In this document: positions 10,960-21,454 of the stretch, piece by piece
Layout: every line of letters starts with the position of its first letter
Numbering within the stretch: position 1 is the stretch's first letter
IMG/VR virus record: IMGVR_UViG_3300008262_000013
Reading direction: 5' to 3' (one strand)
Source of the DNA: a virus
Taxonomy: Duplodnaviria > Caudoviricetes
Length of the DNA: 64,000 nt
Made by a program: the position numbers and the translations under genes
The notes under the pieces: generated by a model
The model's input: only the letters and a program-made list of their open reading frames with translations
What the model was told of the DNA's origin: nothing
Database searches by the model: none

Positions 10960-11345
10960 ATAAATTGAATAATAACTTATCTGAAATTTTAGATGTAGAA
11001 CCTATTGAAGTAACAAACAATATTGTTTTCGAACCCTTAAATGATATCGATGATGATGCAGAGTTCGCTCGTCAAAATATTAGGCATCTTATAGAAAAAG
11101 GTAACGATGCTATAGAGGGAATTTTAAATGTTGCTAGAGCTTCTGATCATCCAAGAGCATATGAAGTTGCCGCAAATATGTTGAAACACTTAACGGACAT
11201 GAATAAAGATTTGATGGAAATACAAAAAAGAAAAAAAGATTTACAACCAAAAGAATCTTCACCTACAAATGGTATTACTGTTGATAAGGCTGTGTTTGTA
11301 GGATCAACTAAAGAATTAGTAAAACTTTTAAAGAGTAAAGAATAA
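10956..11345 (+). CDS. gp16: Terminase small subunit gp16
   Basis: 'DAEFARQNIRHLIEKG', 'HPRAYEVAANM', 'AVFVGSTKEL'. Confidence 0.85.
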   Translation: MNKLNNNLSEILDVEPIEVTNNIVFEPLNDIDDDAEFARQNIRHLIEKGNDAIEGILNVARASDHPRAYEVAANMLKHLTDMNKDLMEIQKRKKDLQPKESSPTNGITVDKAVFVGSTKELVKLLKSKE

Positions 11346-11803
11346 TGGCACTAACAAAAATAAAACCTAATGCTGTTGATGAGACACTAGACTATTCATT
11401 TGATGATGTAAATGCAAATACAATGTCTGTTTTAGGCACTTCTACTTTTCAACAAGTAACAGAAAAAATACAAACAAAAACTGCAGCTACAGGTACGGTA
11501 ACTCATGATTATTCTTTAGGCACTTTATTTTATCACAGTTCAATCTCTGCAAATTTTACTGCAAATATTACAAATGTACCTACAACAAATGATAGAAGTA
11601 TTGTGGTAAGTTTAGTTTTAGATCAAGGTGCAACAGGATATATTCCTAATGCGTTACAAATTGATGGTTCATCACAAACAATTAATTGGGTTGGCGGTGC
11701 TACTCCAACTCCTATAGCCAATAAAAAAGAAATAGTTTCTTTTGTTTTGCTAAGAGTTTCAAGCAATTGGATCGTGTTGGGTTCAATTTCAACATATGGT
11801 TAA
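11345..11803 (+). CDS. Small structural/fibre-module protein
   Basis: 'MALTKIKPNAVD' fibre-type N-terminus and a beta-rich C-terminal module. Confidence 0.5.
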   Translation: MALTKIKPNAVDETLDYSFDDVNANTMSVLGTSTFQQVTEKIQTKTAATGTVTHDYSLGTLFYHSSISANFTANITNVPTTNDRSIVVSLVLDQGATGYIPNALQIDGSSQTINWVGGATPTPIANKKEIVSFVLLRVSSNWIVLGSISTYG

Positions 11804-11805
11804 AG

Positions 11806-13461
11806 ATGCCTAGAGTAAATACCCTTACATCTGTAAGTCCAAATTTGGTCATAAGTGGTGATGGAGAATTTTATTCTTTTTCTGCAAACACAACTTCTGT
11901 AAATGAGGGTAATACAGCGTTATTTACTGTCTCTACCAGAAACGTAAGTGAGACAACTTTATATTGGACTATAGTTGCAGTATCCGGCGATTTAAATAGT
12001 TTAGATGTAAATTCTTTGTCTGGTTCTTTTAGTCTGACTTCAAATGTAGGAACTTTTCCAATAACATTAACAGAAGATTCTTCAACAGAAGGTACTGAAA
12101 TTTTTCAAGTACAACTAAGAAAAAATTCTATATCAGGAACAATTGTAGCAAACTCTAGTTTCATTATAGCTAACGATACATCATTATCACCATCATATAC
12201 TCTTACTGCAAACACAACTTCTGTCAATGAAGGAAGTACAGTTTCGTTTACAGTAGATACACAAAATGTAAATGATGGCACAGTTTTGTATTGGACCACT
12301 TTAGGTGTTAGTGGTACAATAAATGCATCCGATTTTTCAGGATCTCAAATCGAAGGTACAGTTACAATCAACAGTAATGCAGCTTCTTTTATTAGAACTT
12401 TATCTAACGATGTTACTACAGAAGGAACAGAATCTTTTAGAATACAATTGAGAAGAACATCCAATACAGGAACAATTGTAGCAAATAGTGCAGTAGTTAC
12501 AATATCGGATACTTCAATAACTCCGCCAGTAACAGGACAAGTTTTGTTTGCTCCCGCATCTTCTTTTCCAAAAACTTCAGGAACTTCAGAATATGGATAT
12601 ACTAATTCTGGAACATGGACTGTTCCATCTGGAGTTACTAGAATATCTGTGGTCTGTATAGGCGGTGGAGGCGGCGGTAGTAATTCGGGAACATTCACCA
12701 ATCCATCTGGAGGTGGAGGTGGAGGATTATCTTATAGAAATAATTTTACGGTAACGCCGGGAGAAACATTATATTTTACCCATGGCGCTGGAGGTCAAGG
12801 AGCTACTCTAGTAGGATCTTGTGCTACTTTATGGAGAGGTTCACCTTTTCAAGCAGGATCAACTTTAATTTGTGGCGCTTATGGTGGATATGGCCGAAGC
12901 GCAGAGGGTGATGATGGTATACCTAATGCAATCGGTGGAAATGGAGGAGCAAGATTAACACATAATTCAAGTATTCCAGCTTCACCTAATATAGTTAGTG
13001 GTAGTGGTGCTGTGTCTGGGTCGGATGGTGGCGGCCAAGGCGGCCGAGGAGGAACTGCAACAGGAAATACAAGAGCTGCCGGTGGCGGCGGTGCTGCTGG
13101 ATATGCCGGCACTGGTGGCAACGGAGGTTCTTCGGGTGATGGTTTAAACGGAGCAGGCGGCGGTGGAGGAGGCGGGGGATCAGGAACTTCAAGTGCTGGT
13201 GGTGGAGGAGGAACTTTACCTACAGGACAAAGTTCAAATGGTACAGGAGGAACAGGAGGAACTACCGGCGGCAATGGCGGTGGAGGAACTACTATCTATA
13301 ATTTTGCTCAAAGAGGTAGAGCTTATGGCGGCGGCGGCGGTGGAATAGTTGGATCCTACTCTAATACATTTCAAAATGGTGTTGGCGAAATGGGGTGTCT
13401 CAGAATCATTTGGCCAGGTGATACGAGACAGTTCCCTTCTACAAGAACCACTGACGAATAA
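11806..13461 (+). CDS. Structural protein with two Calx-beta-like repeats and a glycine-rich C-terminal domain
   Basis: Duplicated 'ANTTSVNEG...TEGTE-x-F-x-x-QLR...GTIVANS' units and GGG tracts. ATG 11806 preferred over 11767. Confidence 0.6.
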   Translation: MPRVNTLTSVSPNLVISGDGEFYSFSANTTSVNEGNTALFTVSTRNVSETTLYWTIVAVSGDLNSLDVNSLSGSFSLTSNVGTFPITLTEDSSTEGTEIFQVQLRKNSISGTIVANSSFIIANDTSLSPSYTLTANTTSVNEGSTVSFTVDTQNVNDGTVLYWTTLGVSGTINASDFSGSQIEGTVTINSNAASFIRTLSNDVTTEGTESFRIQLRRTSNTGTIVANSAVVTISDTSITPPVTGQVLFAPASSFPKTSGTSEYGYTNSGTWTVPSGVTRISVVCIGGGGGGSNSGTFTNPSGGGGGGLSYRNNFTVTPGETLYFTHGAGGQGATLVGSCATLWRGSPFQAGSTLICGAYGGYGRSAEGDDGIPNAIGGNGGARLTHNSSIPASPNIVSGSGAVSGSDGGGQGGRGGTATGNTRAAGGGGAAGYAGTGGNGGSSGDGLNGAGGGGGGGGSGTSSAGGGGGTLPTGQSSNGTGGTGGTTGGNGGGGTTIYNFAQRGRAYGGGGGGIVGSYSNTFQNGVGEMGCLRIIWPGDTRQFPSTRTTDE

Positions 13462-13464
13462 ATA
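13457..13464 (+). promoter_or_regulatory. T4-type late promoter (AATAAATA)
   Basis: Directly upstream of dps-gp17. Confidence 0.5.
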
Positions 13465-13485
13465 AACACTTTAAAGGAAATAAAA

Positions 13486-13920
13486 ATGGAAACATTAGTA
13501 GAGATGATGAAAAAAGTATTAGCAGATACTTTTGCTATGTACTTAAAATCACACAACTATCATTGGAATGTAGAAGGTTCTAACTTCCCACAATATCATG
13601 ATTTTTTTGGTAATTTATATCAAGAACTTCATGGTGCAGTAGATCCTATTGCGGAACAAATTCGTGCATTAGATGCTTATGCGCCAGGTTCTTTTAGTAG
13701 ATTTATGGAATTAACAGACATTCAAGATGAAATGAATGTTCCTCTTGGTACAGACATGGCAAGAAAATTGATGACGGATAATCAAATGGTATTAAATAGT
13801 TTGAATATGGCTTTAAAATTGGCTGAACAGTTTGATCAACAAGGTCTAATGGACTTTCTTGCAGGTAGAATCGACACTCACAACAAACACGCTTGGATGT
13901 TACGTAGTATCTCTAAGTAA
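13486..13920 (+). CDS. dps: Dps/ferritin-like DNA protection protein
   Basis: 'HNYHWNVEG-x-x-F-x-x-x-H-x-x-F', 'D-x-IAEQIR' ferroxidase residues, 'KHAWML'. Confidence 0.92.
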   Translation: METLVEMMKKVLADTFAMYLKSHNYHWNVEGSNFPQYHDFFGNLYQELHGAVDPIAEQIRALDAYAPGSFSRFMELTDIQDEMNVPLGTDMARKLMTDNQMVLNSLNMALKLAEQFDQQGLMDFLAGRIDTHNKHAWMLRSISK

Positions 13921-15542
13921 TGAATGACGGTTATCTTGGTAATGAACGCTTAAAGAAAGTTGGCGTTGAACTCACATACACTGAAGAACAAGCTGTTGAA
14001 ATTGTTAAGTGTATGGAAGACCCCGTTTATTTCATTAGAACATATGTTAAGATTGTCAACGTAGACCGTGGTTTAGTTCCTTTTGATATGTGGCCATTTC
14101 AAGAAGAAATGGTTAAGTCTTTTCATAACAATCGATTTTCAATTGCAAAAATGCCTCGACAGGTTGGTAAAACAACCACAACGGTTGGTTATATGTTGTG
14201 GTGTGTTTTATTTCAAGAAGAATATTCAATTGCAATCTTGGCCAATAAAGGTCAACTAGCACAAGAAATTCTTTCGAGAATACAGAAGGCCTATGAGTAT
14301 TTACCTATTTGGTTGCAACAAGGTATTATAGTTTGGAATAAAAGAAATATTGAACTTGAAAATGGTTCTAAAATTTATGCTTATGCAACCTCAGCAGCTG
14401 GTGTTCGAGGTGGTTCGTATAATTTAATTTTCTTAGATGAATTTGCTTTCGTTCAACATAATATGGCACTTGATTTCTTCCAGTCAACGTATCCTGTTAT
14501 TTCTTCTGGACAAACATCAAAGGTTATTATTGTTTCTACTCCAAATGGATTGAATCTGTTTTACAAAATGTGGACAGATGCAATTGAAAATCGTTCGACT
14601 TATGTTCCGGTTGAAGTTCATTGGTCTATGGTACCAGGTAGAGATCAAAAGTGGAAAGAAGAAACGATACGCAATACCTCTGAAGAACAATTTAGAGTCG
14701 AGTTTGAAACTGAGTTTATTGGTTCTTCCGCAACACTGGTTTCCGGTGTAAAATTAAGATCGTTGGCTTTCTTCAATCCAATACACTCAGAAGAAGGTCT
14801 GGACATTTATGAACAACCACAGAAAGATCGATTGTATATTTGTACAGTAGATTGTTCTGAGGGTGTTGACAGAGATTATTCGACAATTAATGTAATAGAT
14901 GTTTCTCAGGTACCTTACAGACAGGTTGCCAAATATAGAAACAATAAGTTACCATTATTGTTTTTTCCAACAATAATTTATTCTTTGGCAAACAAATATA
15001 ATGAAGCCTTCGTATTGATTGAAACAAATAATGTGGGTCAACAAGTTGTGGACATTTTACATTATGATCTAGAATACGAAAACGTCTATAAGATTGACCA
15101 CCATCATATTAAAGGTCAGACGATTTCTGGTGGATTTAAACGATCTGCAAACTTTGGTGTTAAAACTACCAAAACTGTTAAAAAAATTGGTTGTGCCAAC
15201 TTGAAAACGTTGGTAGAAAATGATAAATTAATCATTAATGACTTTGATACAATTGCAGAATTAAATACTTTTGTACGTCAGAAAGATAGTTATGCAGCCG
15301 AAGAAGGTAATAATGATGATTTGGTCATGGGTCTTGTATTGTTTTCGTGGTTATCTGCACAATCGTATTTCAAAGAAGCCACAAATATAGATATAAGGAA
15401 GGTTCTTTTAGAAGAAAATGACATGTTAGGTGACGAACAATTGACGCCTTTTGGTATCATAGATGATGGTAGAGAAGAACCTATCGTAGATTCATCTGGA
15501 GACCATTGGTCGACTAGAGGTTATACACCTTCAACTTTCTAA
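13920..15542 (+). CDS. gp17: Terminase large subunit gp17
   Basis: 'PRQVGKTT' Walker A, 'LIFLDEFAF' Walker B, 'STPNG', nuclease 'VDCSEG' and 'NDDLVM'. Confidence 0.97.
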   Translation: MNDGYLGNERLKKVGVELTYTEEQAVEIVKCMEDPVYFIRTYVKIVNVDRGLVPFDMWPFQEEMVKSFHNNRFSIAKMPRQVGKTTTTVGYMLWCVLFQEEYSIAILANKGQLAQEILSRIQKAYEYLPIWLQQGIIVWNKRNIELENGSKIYAYATSAAGVRGGSYNLIFLDEFAFVQHNMALDFFQSTYPVISSGQTSKVIIVSTPNGLNLFYKMWTDAIENRSTYVPVEVHWSMVPGRDQKWKEETIRNTSEEQFRVEFETEFIGSSATLVSGVKLRSLAFFNPIHSEEGLDIYEQPQKDRLYICTVDCSEGVDRDYSTINVIDVSQVPYRQVAKYRNNKLPLLFFPTIIYSLANKYNEAFVLIETNNVGQQVVDILHYDLEYENVYKIDHHHIKGQTISGGFKRSANFGVKTTKTVKKIGCANLKTLVENDKLIINDFDTIAELNTFVRQKDSYAAEEGNNDDLVMGLVLFSWLSAQSYFKEATNIDIRKVLLEENDMLGDEQLTPFGIIDDGREEPIVDSSGDHWSTRGYTPSTF

Positions 15543-15545
15543 AAA

Positions 15546-15553
15546 CATAAATA
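15546..15553 (+). promoter_or_regulatory. T4-type late promoter (CATAAATA)
   Basis: Upstream of gp18. Confidence 0.65.
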
Positions 15554-15597
15554 GACAATAAAAGAATTTATTCAGCCTGAAAAAAGGAGATTTAAAA

Positions 15598-17322
15598 ATG
15601 GCTTTTCAACTATCACCAGGTGTGAATGTCTCAGAAGTTGATTTAACAACTGTCGTACCTTCTGTGGCAACTACTGTTGGTGGTTTTGCCGGTAATTTCA
15701 ACTGGGGACCTGTGGACGAAATCGTAACAATTAATAATGAAGTTCAACTAGTAGAGAGATTTGGTAAACCAAACAGTAATACATACACCTCTTTCTTCAC
15801 CGCAGCAAACTTTTTATCGTATGCAAATGACATTCGTGTGGTTCGTTCAGTAGGATCAACCGCAAATAATGCTACAGTGGATGCAGCAGGTATTTCCATC
15901 AAAAATAAAACAGATTATGAAGAACAGTTTCCTATTGCGGAAAATGTATTCGATGCAGGAAGTTACCCTAGAGTTTTTGCTGCCAAATATCCAGGCGCAT
16001 TAGGTAATGCCTTAAGAGTTTCTATGTGTGATGCAAATACAACTATACTTTCTACCTGGACATATAGAGATGAATTTAGTGCAAATGCATCAAACTCAGC
16101 TTTTGCTGTTACAAAAGGTATTAGTAAAGATGAAATTCATATTGTTGTTGTAGATAGAACAGGAGCAATTTCTGGAACAGAAGGAACAGTTTTAGAAAAA
16201 TTTGGTTTTGCTTCCAAATTAAAAGATGCCAAAAATGAAGATGGAACTTCAAACTATTATGTTGATGTTTTAAACAGTAGATCAAAGTATATTTGGTGGC
16301 TAAGCCATCCAATAGTAACTACAAATTGGGGTAGAACTTCTTCTAATTTGTTAGATGATTCAAATTTTATTAGTGCTAATAAACAGTTGGATGCACTTAC
16401 ATCCACAACATTTGATTTGTCTGGAGGAACAGACGTAGAACCAACTGCTGGAAATAGAAATTCTTCATATGACCTTTTTGATAACCCAGATTCAGTTGAT
16501 GTTTCATTATTAATGACCGGAGAAACTGTTGGTGATACAATACCAGACCATTTAATTTCAATGGCAGAAAATAGAAAAGATGTTTTGGTTTTCATATCTC
16601 CCGAACAATCAGATTGTGTAAATAATTCAGGTAGTGAGGTTACTGATATAAGAACTTTAAGGGATACTATAACGTCATCTTCTTTTGCTGTTATGGATTC
16701 TGGATGGAAATATCAGTACGATAAGTATAATGACGTTTATCGTTGGATTCCTTTAAATGGAGATGTTGCTGGACTATGTGCTAGAACTGATATCGAAAGA
16801 GATCCTTGGTTCTCACCAGCAGGATTTAACAGAGGTCAAATTAAGAACGTTGTTAAACTTGCTTGGAATCCAACCAAAGCTGAAAGGGACAGTTTATATA
16901 AAATGGGTATCAACCCAGTAGTTACATTCCCTGGTGAAGGCACCGTATTATATGGTGATAAGACCTTATTGTCAAGACCTTCTGCATTTGATCGTATCAA
17001 TGTTCGCCGCCTATTCATTGTTTTAGAGAAAGCGATTGCGAGAGCATCTCGTTCATCGTTGTTTGAATTTAACGATGAATTTACAAGAGCTCAATTTGTA
17101 AATCTTGTAGAACCATTCTTACGTGATGTACAAGGTCGCCGTGGTATTTACGACTACCGTGTTGTATGTGATACTACAAATAATACACCAGAAGTTATTG
17201 ATCGTAACGAGTTTGTTGGTGATATCTATATTAAACCTGCACGTTCAATCAACTTTATTCAACTTAACTTTGTTGCTGTACGCACAGGCGTATCGTTCAA
17301 TGAAGTCGTTGGATCGTTTTAA
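15598..17322 (+). CDS. gp18: Tail sheath protein gp18
   Basis: 'LSPGVNVSEVDLT', 'PWFSPAGFNRG', 'SAFDRINVRRLF', 'KPARSINFIQLNF'. Confidence 0.97.
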   Translation: MAFQLSPGVNVSEVDLTTVVPSVATTVGGFAGNFNWGPVDEIVTINNEVQLVERFGKPNSNTYTSFFTAANFLSYANDIRVVRSVGSTANNATVDAAGISIKNKTDYEEQFPIAENVFDAGSYPRVFAAKYPGALGNALRVSMCDANTTILSTWTYRDEFSANASNSAFAVTKGISKDEIHIVVVDRTGAISGTEGTVLEKFGFASKLKDAKNEDGTSNYYVDVLNSRSKYIWWLSHPIVTTNWGRTSSNLLDDSNFISANKQLDALTSTTFDLSGGTDVEPTAGNRNSSYDLFDNPDSVDVSLLMTGETVGDTIPDHLISMAENRKDVLVFISPEQSDCVNNSGSEVTDIRTLRDTITSSSFAVMDSGWKYQYDKYNDVYRWIPLNGDVAGLCARTDIERDPWFSPAGFNRGQIKNVVKLAWNPTKAERDSLYKMGINPVVTFPGEGTVLYGDKTLLSRPSAFDRINVRRLFIVLEKAIARASRSSLFEFNDEFTRAQFVNLVEPFLRDVQGRRGIYDYRVVCDTTNNTPEVIDRNEFVGDIYIKPARSINFIQLNFVAVRTGVSFNEVVGSF

Positions 17323-17349
17323 TAAATAGAGAGATAGGAGAATAATTAA

Positions 17350-17895
17350 ATGGCTTTCAACATTAACGAATTCCGCTCTCAAATGCAAGGAGACGGCGCA
17401 CGCCCAAATTTATTTGAGGTTAGCATGCCGTTCCCTTCGTTTTCATTGCCAGGAAACGCACAAACAAAATTAACATTCATGTGTAAAACTGCACAATTAC
17501 CAGGGTCAACTCTTGGTATTGTGCCTGTTCAATATTTTGGACGTGAATTAAAATTTGTAGGCAATAGAACATTTGCAGATTGGACAATCACAGTTATTAA
17601 CGATGAAGATTTTATCATTCGTAATGCTTTCGAACGTTGGATGAATGGCATTAATAGTCATAGTCTAAACGTGAGAACACCTTTAGCACAATCACCATTA
17701 GGATATACTGTAGATGGAGAAGTTACACAGTATGCTAAAAATGGCGATTCATTAAAGAAATATAAATTTATCGGTCTTTTTCCGACAGATATTACTCCAA
17801 TTGATGTTGACTGGGGTGCTAATGATACGATTGAGGAGTTTTCAGTGACCCTTACCTATCAATGGTGGGAGTCAATTGCAGACAACGTGGTTTGA
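17350..17895 (+). CDS. gp19: Tail tube protein gp19
   Basis: 'GARPNLFEV', 'RTFADWTITVINDEDF', 'IEEFSVTLTYQWW'. Confidence 0.95.
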   Translation: MAFNINEFRSQMQGDGARPNLFEVSMPFPSFSLPGNAQTKLTFMCKTAQLPGSTLGIVPVQYFGRELKFVGNRTFADWTITVINDEDFIIRNAFERWMNGINSHSLNVRTPLAQSPLGYTVDGEVTQYAKNGDSLKKYKFIGLFPTDITPIDVDWGANDTIEEFSVTLTYQWWESIADNVV

Positions 17896-17897
17896 TA

Positions 17898-17926
17898 GAG
17901 AAAGAGCTCTTGCTCTTTCTCCTTTT
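17898..17926 (+). terminator. Intrinsic terminator after gp19
   Basis: GAGAAAGAGC-TCTT-GCTCTTTCTC followed by CTTTT. Confidence 0.7.
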
Positions 17927-17942
17927 ATAGGATTAATATATT

Positions 17943-19601
17943 TTGGCAATTAAACTTTTCGGATTTACTATCGGCAGAAAGGATATTGTTCAGGTTGAAA
18001 AACCTGAACAGGCTTCCTTCGCTCTCCCAACTCAGGCCATCGATGATGGTGCTGTCACTATTACTTCAAATGCTTATTACGGTACATACGTAGACTTAGA
18101 AGGTTCTGTTCGTAATGAATTAGAACTTATTACACGTTATCGTGAAATGGCAAATCATCCAGAATTAGAAATGGCGATTGATGAAATTGTAAATGAAGCC
18201 ATTACATATTCTACTGATAAGAGAGTTGTTGATGTAAATACAGATAATTTGAAAACAACAGATTCCATCAAAAAGAAAATTACTGAGGAATTTGAAACAG
18301 TATTGCGTCTTTTAAATTTTTCTAATTTAGCTTCTGATCTCTTTAAAAGATGGTACATAGATGGTAGAATGTACTATCATATCGTAGTAAATGAGAAGAA
18401 TCCAAAAGAAGGTATACAAGAATTACGTTATATCGACCCAAGAAAAATAAGAAAAGTTCGTGAAGTAAAAACAGGTAGAGATCCAAAAACGGGAGCTACT
18501 GTTATTCTTTCAACGGCTGAATATTATGTTTATAGTGATAGAGGTACAACCACTCAAAATTATACTTCATCAACAAGTTCAGGTTTAAGAATATCACCAG
18601 ATTCAGTTATCAATATCAATTCTGGTTTAATGGATGCAAAGAATACTTTTGTAATTTCTTTCTTACATAAAGTAATCAAACCACTCAATCAATTACGTAT
18701 GATTGAAGATGCAGTAGTTATTTACCGTATTTCAAGAGCACCAGAACGTAGAATTTTTTACATCGATGTAGGTAATTTACCAAAAGGTAAAGCAGAACAA
18801 TATCTACGTGATGTTATGGTTAAGTATCGTAACAAAATGGTTTATGATGCATCAACAGGTGAATTGCGTGATGATCGTAAACACATGTCGATGCTTGAAG
18901 ATTTTTGGTTACCACGTAGAGAAGGTGGTAAAGGCACAGAGATTACTACATTACCAGCTGGGCAAAATCTTGGCGAACTAGAAGATGTTAAGTATTTTCA
19001 AAAGAAACTTCTCAATGCATTGAATGTTCCTCTTTCTAGATTGGATGAACAGGGCGGTGGCGGTTTCGCAGGTTTAGGTAGAAGTCAAGAAATCACTAGA
19101 GATGAATTAAAGTTTGCAAAATTTATTCAAAGATTGCGTAATAAATTTTCTATTATTTTCACTGAAGCTTTAGGTACACAATTAATACTTAAAGGTATTT
19201 GTACTTCAGAAGAATGGAGAGAATGGAAAGAAGTTATTAACTATGATTACAAAAAAGACAATAACTTTACTGAGTTAAGAGAAGCTGAATTATTGCAAAA
19301 TAGACTGCAAATGGTCGGCATGGTTGATCCTTATATTGGTAAATATTTCTCACATGAATTTGTAAAGAAGAAAGTTTTACAGATGACGGATGATGAAATT
19401 GAAGAAATGCAAGAACAAATAGATGCTGAAAATGAACAAGGTTTAAATGATCCTCCAATGGATGAACAACAAGAACCACCAGCATCACCTGATGAATATC
19501 CTCCTGTTGATAATACAATAGACGATAGAAATTCTGAGTCACCTACACCAGAATTAGACGCACAGACAGATAGATATACATCAATACTAAATAGACGATA
19601 A
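17943..19601 (+). CDS. gp20: Portal protein gp20 (TTG start)
   Basis: 'RWYIDGR', 'RAPERRIFYIDVGNLPKGKAEQY', 'EDFWLPRREGGKGTEI'. Confidence 0.97.
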   Translation: MAIKLFGFTIGRKDIVQVEKPEQASFALPTQAIDDGAVTITSNAYYGTYVDLEGSVRNELELITRYREMANHPELEMAIDEIVNEAITYSTDKRVVDVNTDNLKTTDSIKKKITEEFETVLRLLNFSNLASDLFKRWYIDGRMYYHIVVNEKNPKEGIQELRYIDPRKIRKVREVKTGRDPKTGATVILSTAEYYVYSDRGTTTQNYTSSTSSGLRISPDSVININSGLMDAKNTFVISFLHKVIKPLNQLRMIEDAVVIYRISRAPERRIFYIDVGNLPKGKAEQYLRDVMVKYRNKMVYDASTGELRDDRKHMSMLEDFWLPRREGGKGTEITTLPAGQNLGELEDVKYFQKKLLNALNVPLSRLDEQGGGGFAGLGRSQEITRDELKFAKFIQRLRNKFSIIFTEALGTQLILKGICTSEEWREWKEVINYDYKKDNNFTELREAELLQNRLQMVGMVDPYIGKYFSHEFVKKKVLQMTDDEIEEMQEQIDAENEQGLNDPPMDEQQEPPASPDEYPPVDNTIDDRNSESPTPELDAQTDRYTSILNRR

Positions 19602-19816
19602 TGGAGAAAAACATGGATATTTCACAATTTATTGATAATGTTGTTGCCGGTAATGCAGCCGCTGCAAGAGAAAACTTGAATGACCTTCTATCCACAAAGG
19701 CCTTTGAAGCCATAGATGGCCAGAAAAAAGAGTTAGCCACAAATTTATTTGGTGGTAATTCTGAAGAAAATGAAATAGAAGTTCAAGATACAGAAGAAGA
19801 AATAACAGAAGAATGA
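19601..19816 (+). CDS. Small acidic prohead core protein (gp67-like)
   Basis: Acidic 71 aa directly after the portal, matching T4 synteny; ACTAAATA late-type promoter at 19586-19593. Confidence 0.55.
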   Translation: MEKNMDISQFIDNVVAGNAAAARENLNDLLSTKAFEAIDGQKKELATNLFGGNSEENEIEVQDTEEEITEE

Positions 19817-20637
19817 AATCTTTATACGAATTTAAAAATTTAGTAGAAGAAGAAAAGTCGGACTATTCTAAGTTCGACATGTTGGTACGAGCTGGTCTGG
19901 CAAACAAAGCACAATTACAACGAATTCATAGAATTCTTGATAAGATGCAAGATGATAGACCACAATTTAATAATGCTGATAAAATGATTCTACAAAATCT
20001 TTTTAATAAGATGGTAGATTTAATTAGTAATAATAAACAGATATTTCAAAAGACTCGTCAAGCTGTTCGTGAAGAAGTAGAGATTGACGAACGTACTATA
20101 GATACTTCAGATTTTAAAATTGGACCTTCTGGTAAAAAAGTAAAAGCTCATCGTGTTAAAGTTGGTGATGATTTAAAAGTTGATGATGAACTAAAAATAA
20201 AAGAAGAAAATATTATAGAAGCAGATTCTTCTAAAAATAGTCAAGAGGATCCTCCTGTAGTATTAATGTTAAAACGTAAAGCAATTCGTATTTACCCAGA
20301 TAAAACAAAAGTTGCTTTATATTATAATTCAAAACTAGATAAACATTTTACTGTGCCTTATGGTACTGCAATTGATTCTGCAATTCAATCAGAAGAAGTT
20401 GAATTGAAAGAAGCAGTTATGGATTCATTACATAAGATTGTTGCGGGTAAACAAGCACAATCAGTAAAGTTTGCTAACGGTCAAACTAGAAAAGTAGATC
20501 ATTATACAGCATCAGCTATTACACAAGTGCATAAAGCTGTGAATGATGATAACAAGAAGAAGTTAGCTGACATGGTACATAAATCACCTGCACACTTTGA
20601 AAAAGTTGCAAGTTTTGCTTTTAGTAAAGTAAAATGA
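19813..20637 (+). CDS. Probable prohead core/internal head protein
   Basis: Head operon position, N-terminus 'MKSLYEF', several I/L/V-x-E putative gp21 cleavage sites. Confidence 0.45.
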   Translation: MKSLYEFKNLVEEEKSDYSKFDMLVRAGLANKAQLQRIHRILDKMQDDRPQFNNADKMILQNLFNKMVDLISNNKQIFQKTRQAVREEVEIDERTIDTSDFKIGPSGKKVKAHRVKVGDDLKVDDELKIKEENIIEADSSKNSQEDPPVVLMLKRKAIRIYPDKTKVALYYNSKLDKHFTVPYGTAIDSAIQSEEVELKEAVMDSLHKIVAGKQAQSVKFANGQTRKVDHYTASAITQVHKAVNDDNKKKLADMVHKSPAHFEKVASFAFSKVK

Positions 20638-21080
20638 AATTAATCGATTTAATTTTAGAAGGCAATGTTGTCGAAGCAAAAAAATGCTTTGACAATTTAA
20701 TGTCTGAGAAGATACAACAGAAACTAGAAGAAGAAAGAACAGAAGTAGTTGATTCTTTTTTTGAAGGCGAAGATTTAGTTGAGGCAACAAAAAGAAGAAA
20801 CCCAAATATTATTAAAATGGGTAGAGTACAAAAAATTCGCCGTAGAATTCGAAGAAATGCAAAAGGTAGAATTGTCGTACAGAAAAATGTAAGACGTTCA
20901 GGCATTAAAGGTTTCAGAGTGTCAGGTAACACTGTTAAAAGAATACCTGCAATAGAGAGATTAAGAAAAGCACGCTTACTAAAGCGTTCATGGAAAACAA
21001 CAAGAAGAGCTAAAATACGCCGTACACTATTGAAAAGAAAAATGTCAATGCGTAGGCGTTCATCAATGGGACTAAGATAA
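20634..21080 (+). CDS. Prohead core protein (gp68-like)
   Basis: Acidic N-terminal half and very basic C-terminus ending 'MRRRSSMGLR', upstream of gp21. Confidence 0.6.
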   Translation: MKLIDLILEGNVVEAKKCFDNLMSEKIQQKLEEERTEVVDSFFEGEDLVEATKRRNPNIIKMGRVQKIRRRIRRNAKGRIVVQKNVRRSGIKGFRVSGNTVKRIPAIERLRKARLLKRSWKTTRRAKIRRTLLKRKMSMRRRSSMGLR

Positions 21081-21081
21081 A

Positions 21082-21453
21082 ATGCCACATGAAATTGTAA
21101 ATAATAAAAGAAGTAAGTCGGTAATTAAAGTAGTGGGTAATAACGCTATAACAGTTACACTTTCTTCTTTATCAGCAAGTGCAGACGAAACAATTACTAA
21201 TGCTTCTATTTCACATGTAATGTCACAATCTGATGGTGCATGGAAAGTTTATAGAGGAGATAGTACCAGTGGAGAATTAGTATTAGATTTAACTGGTGCT
21301 GGAAATTGTGATTGGCCATTAGCTCAATATGATATTGCAATAGCTAACACTTCTTCTGCAAATATTCATATAACTAATTCTGGTGCAGGCGGTACACTTA
21401 TTTTAGTAGTAAGTAAAATTAGCACTTATTCACCAGCTTTAACAGGAATGTAA
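21082..21453 (+). CDS. Hypothetical protein in the head operon
   Basis: Clean ORF between gp68-like and gp21. Confidence 0.6.
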   Translation: MPHEIVNNKRSKSVIKVVGNNAITVTLSSLSASADETITNASISHVMSQSDGAWKVYRGDSTSGELVLDLTGAGNCDWPLAQYDIAIANTSSANIHITNSGAGGTLILVVSKISTYSPALTGM

Positions 21454-21454
21454 A

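Noticed and set aside
6074-13274. Proline-rich minus-strand ORFs (e.g. 6074-6361, 6374-6640, 12345-12701, 12879-13274)
   Set aside because: They are antisense shadows of GGN glycine codon runs in real + strand genes.
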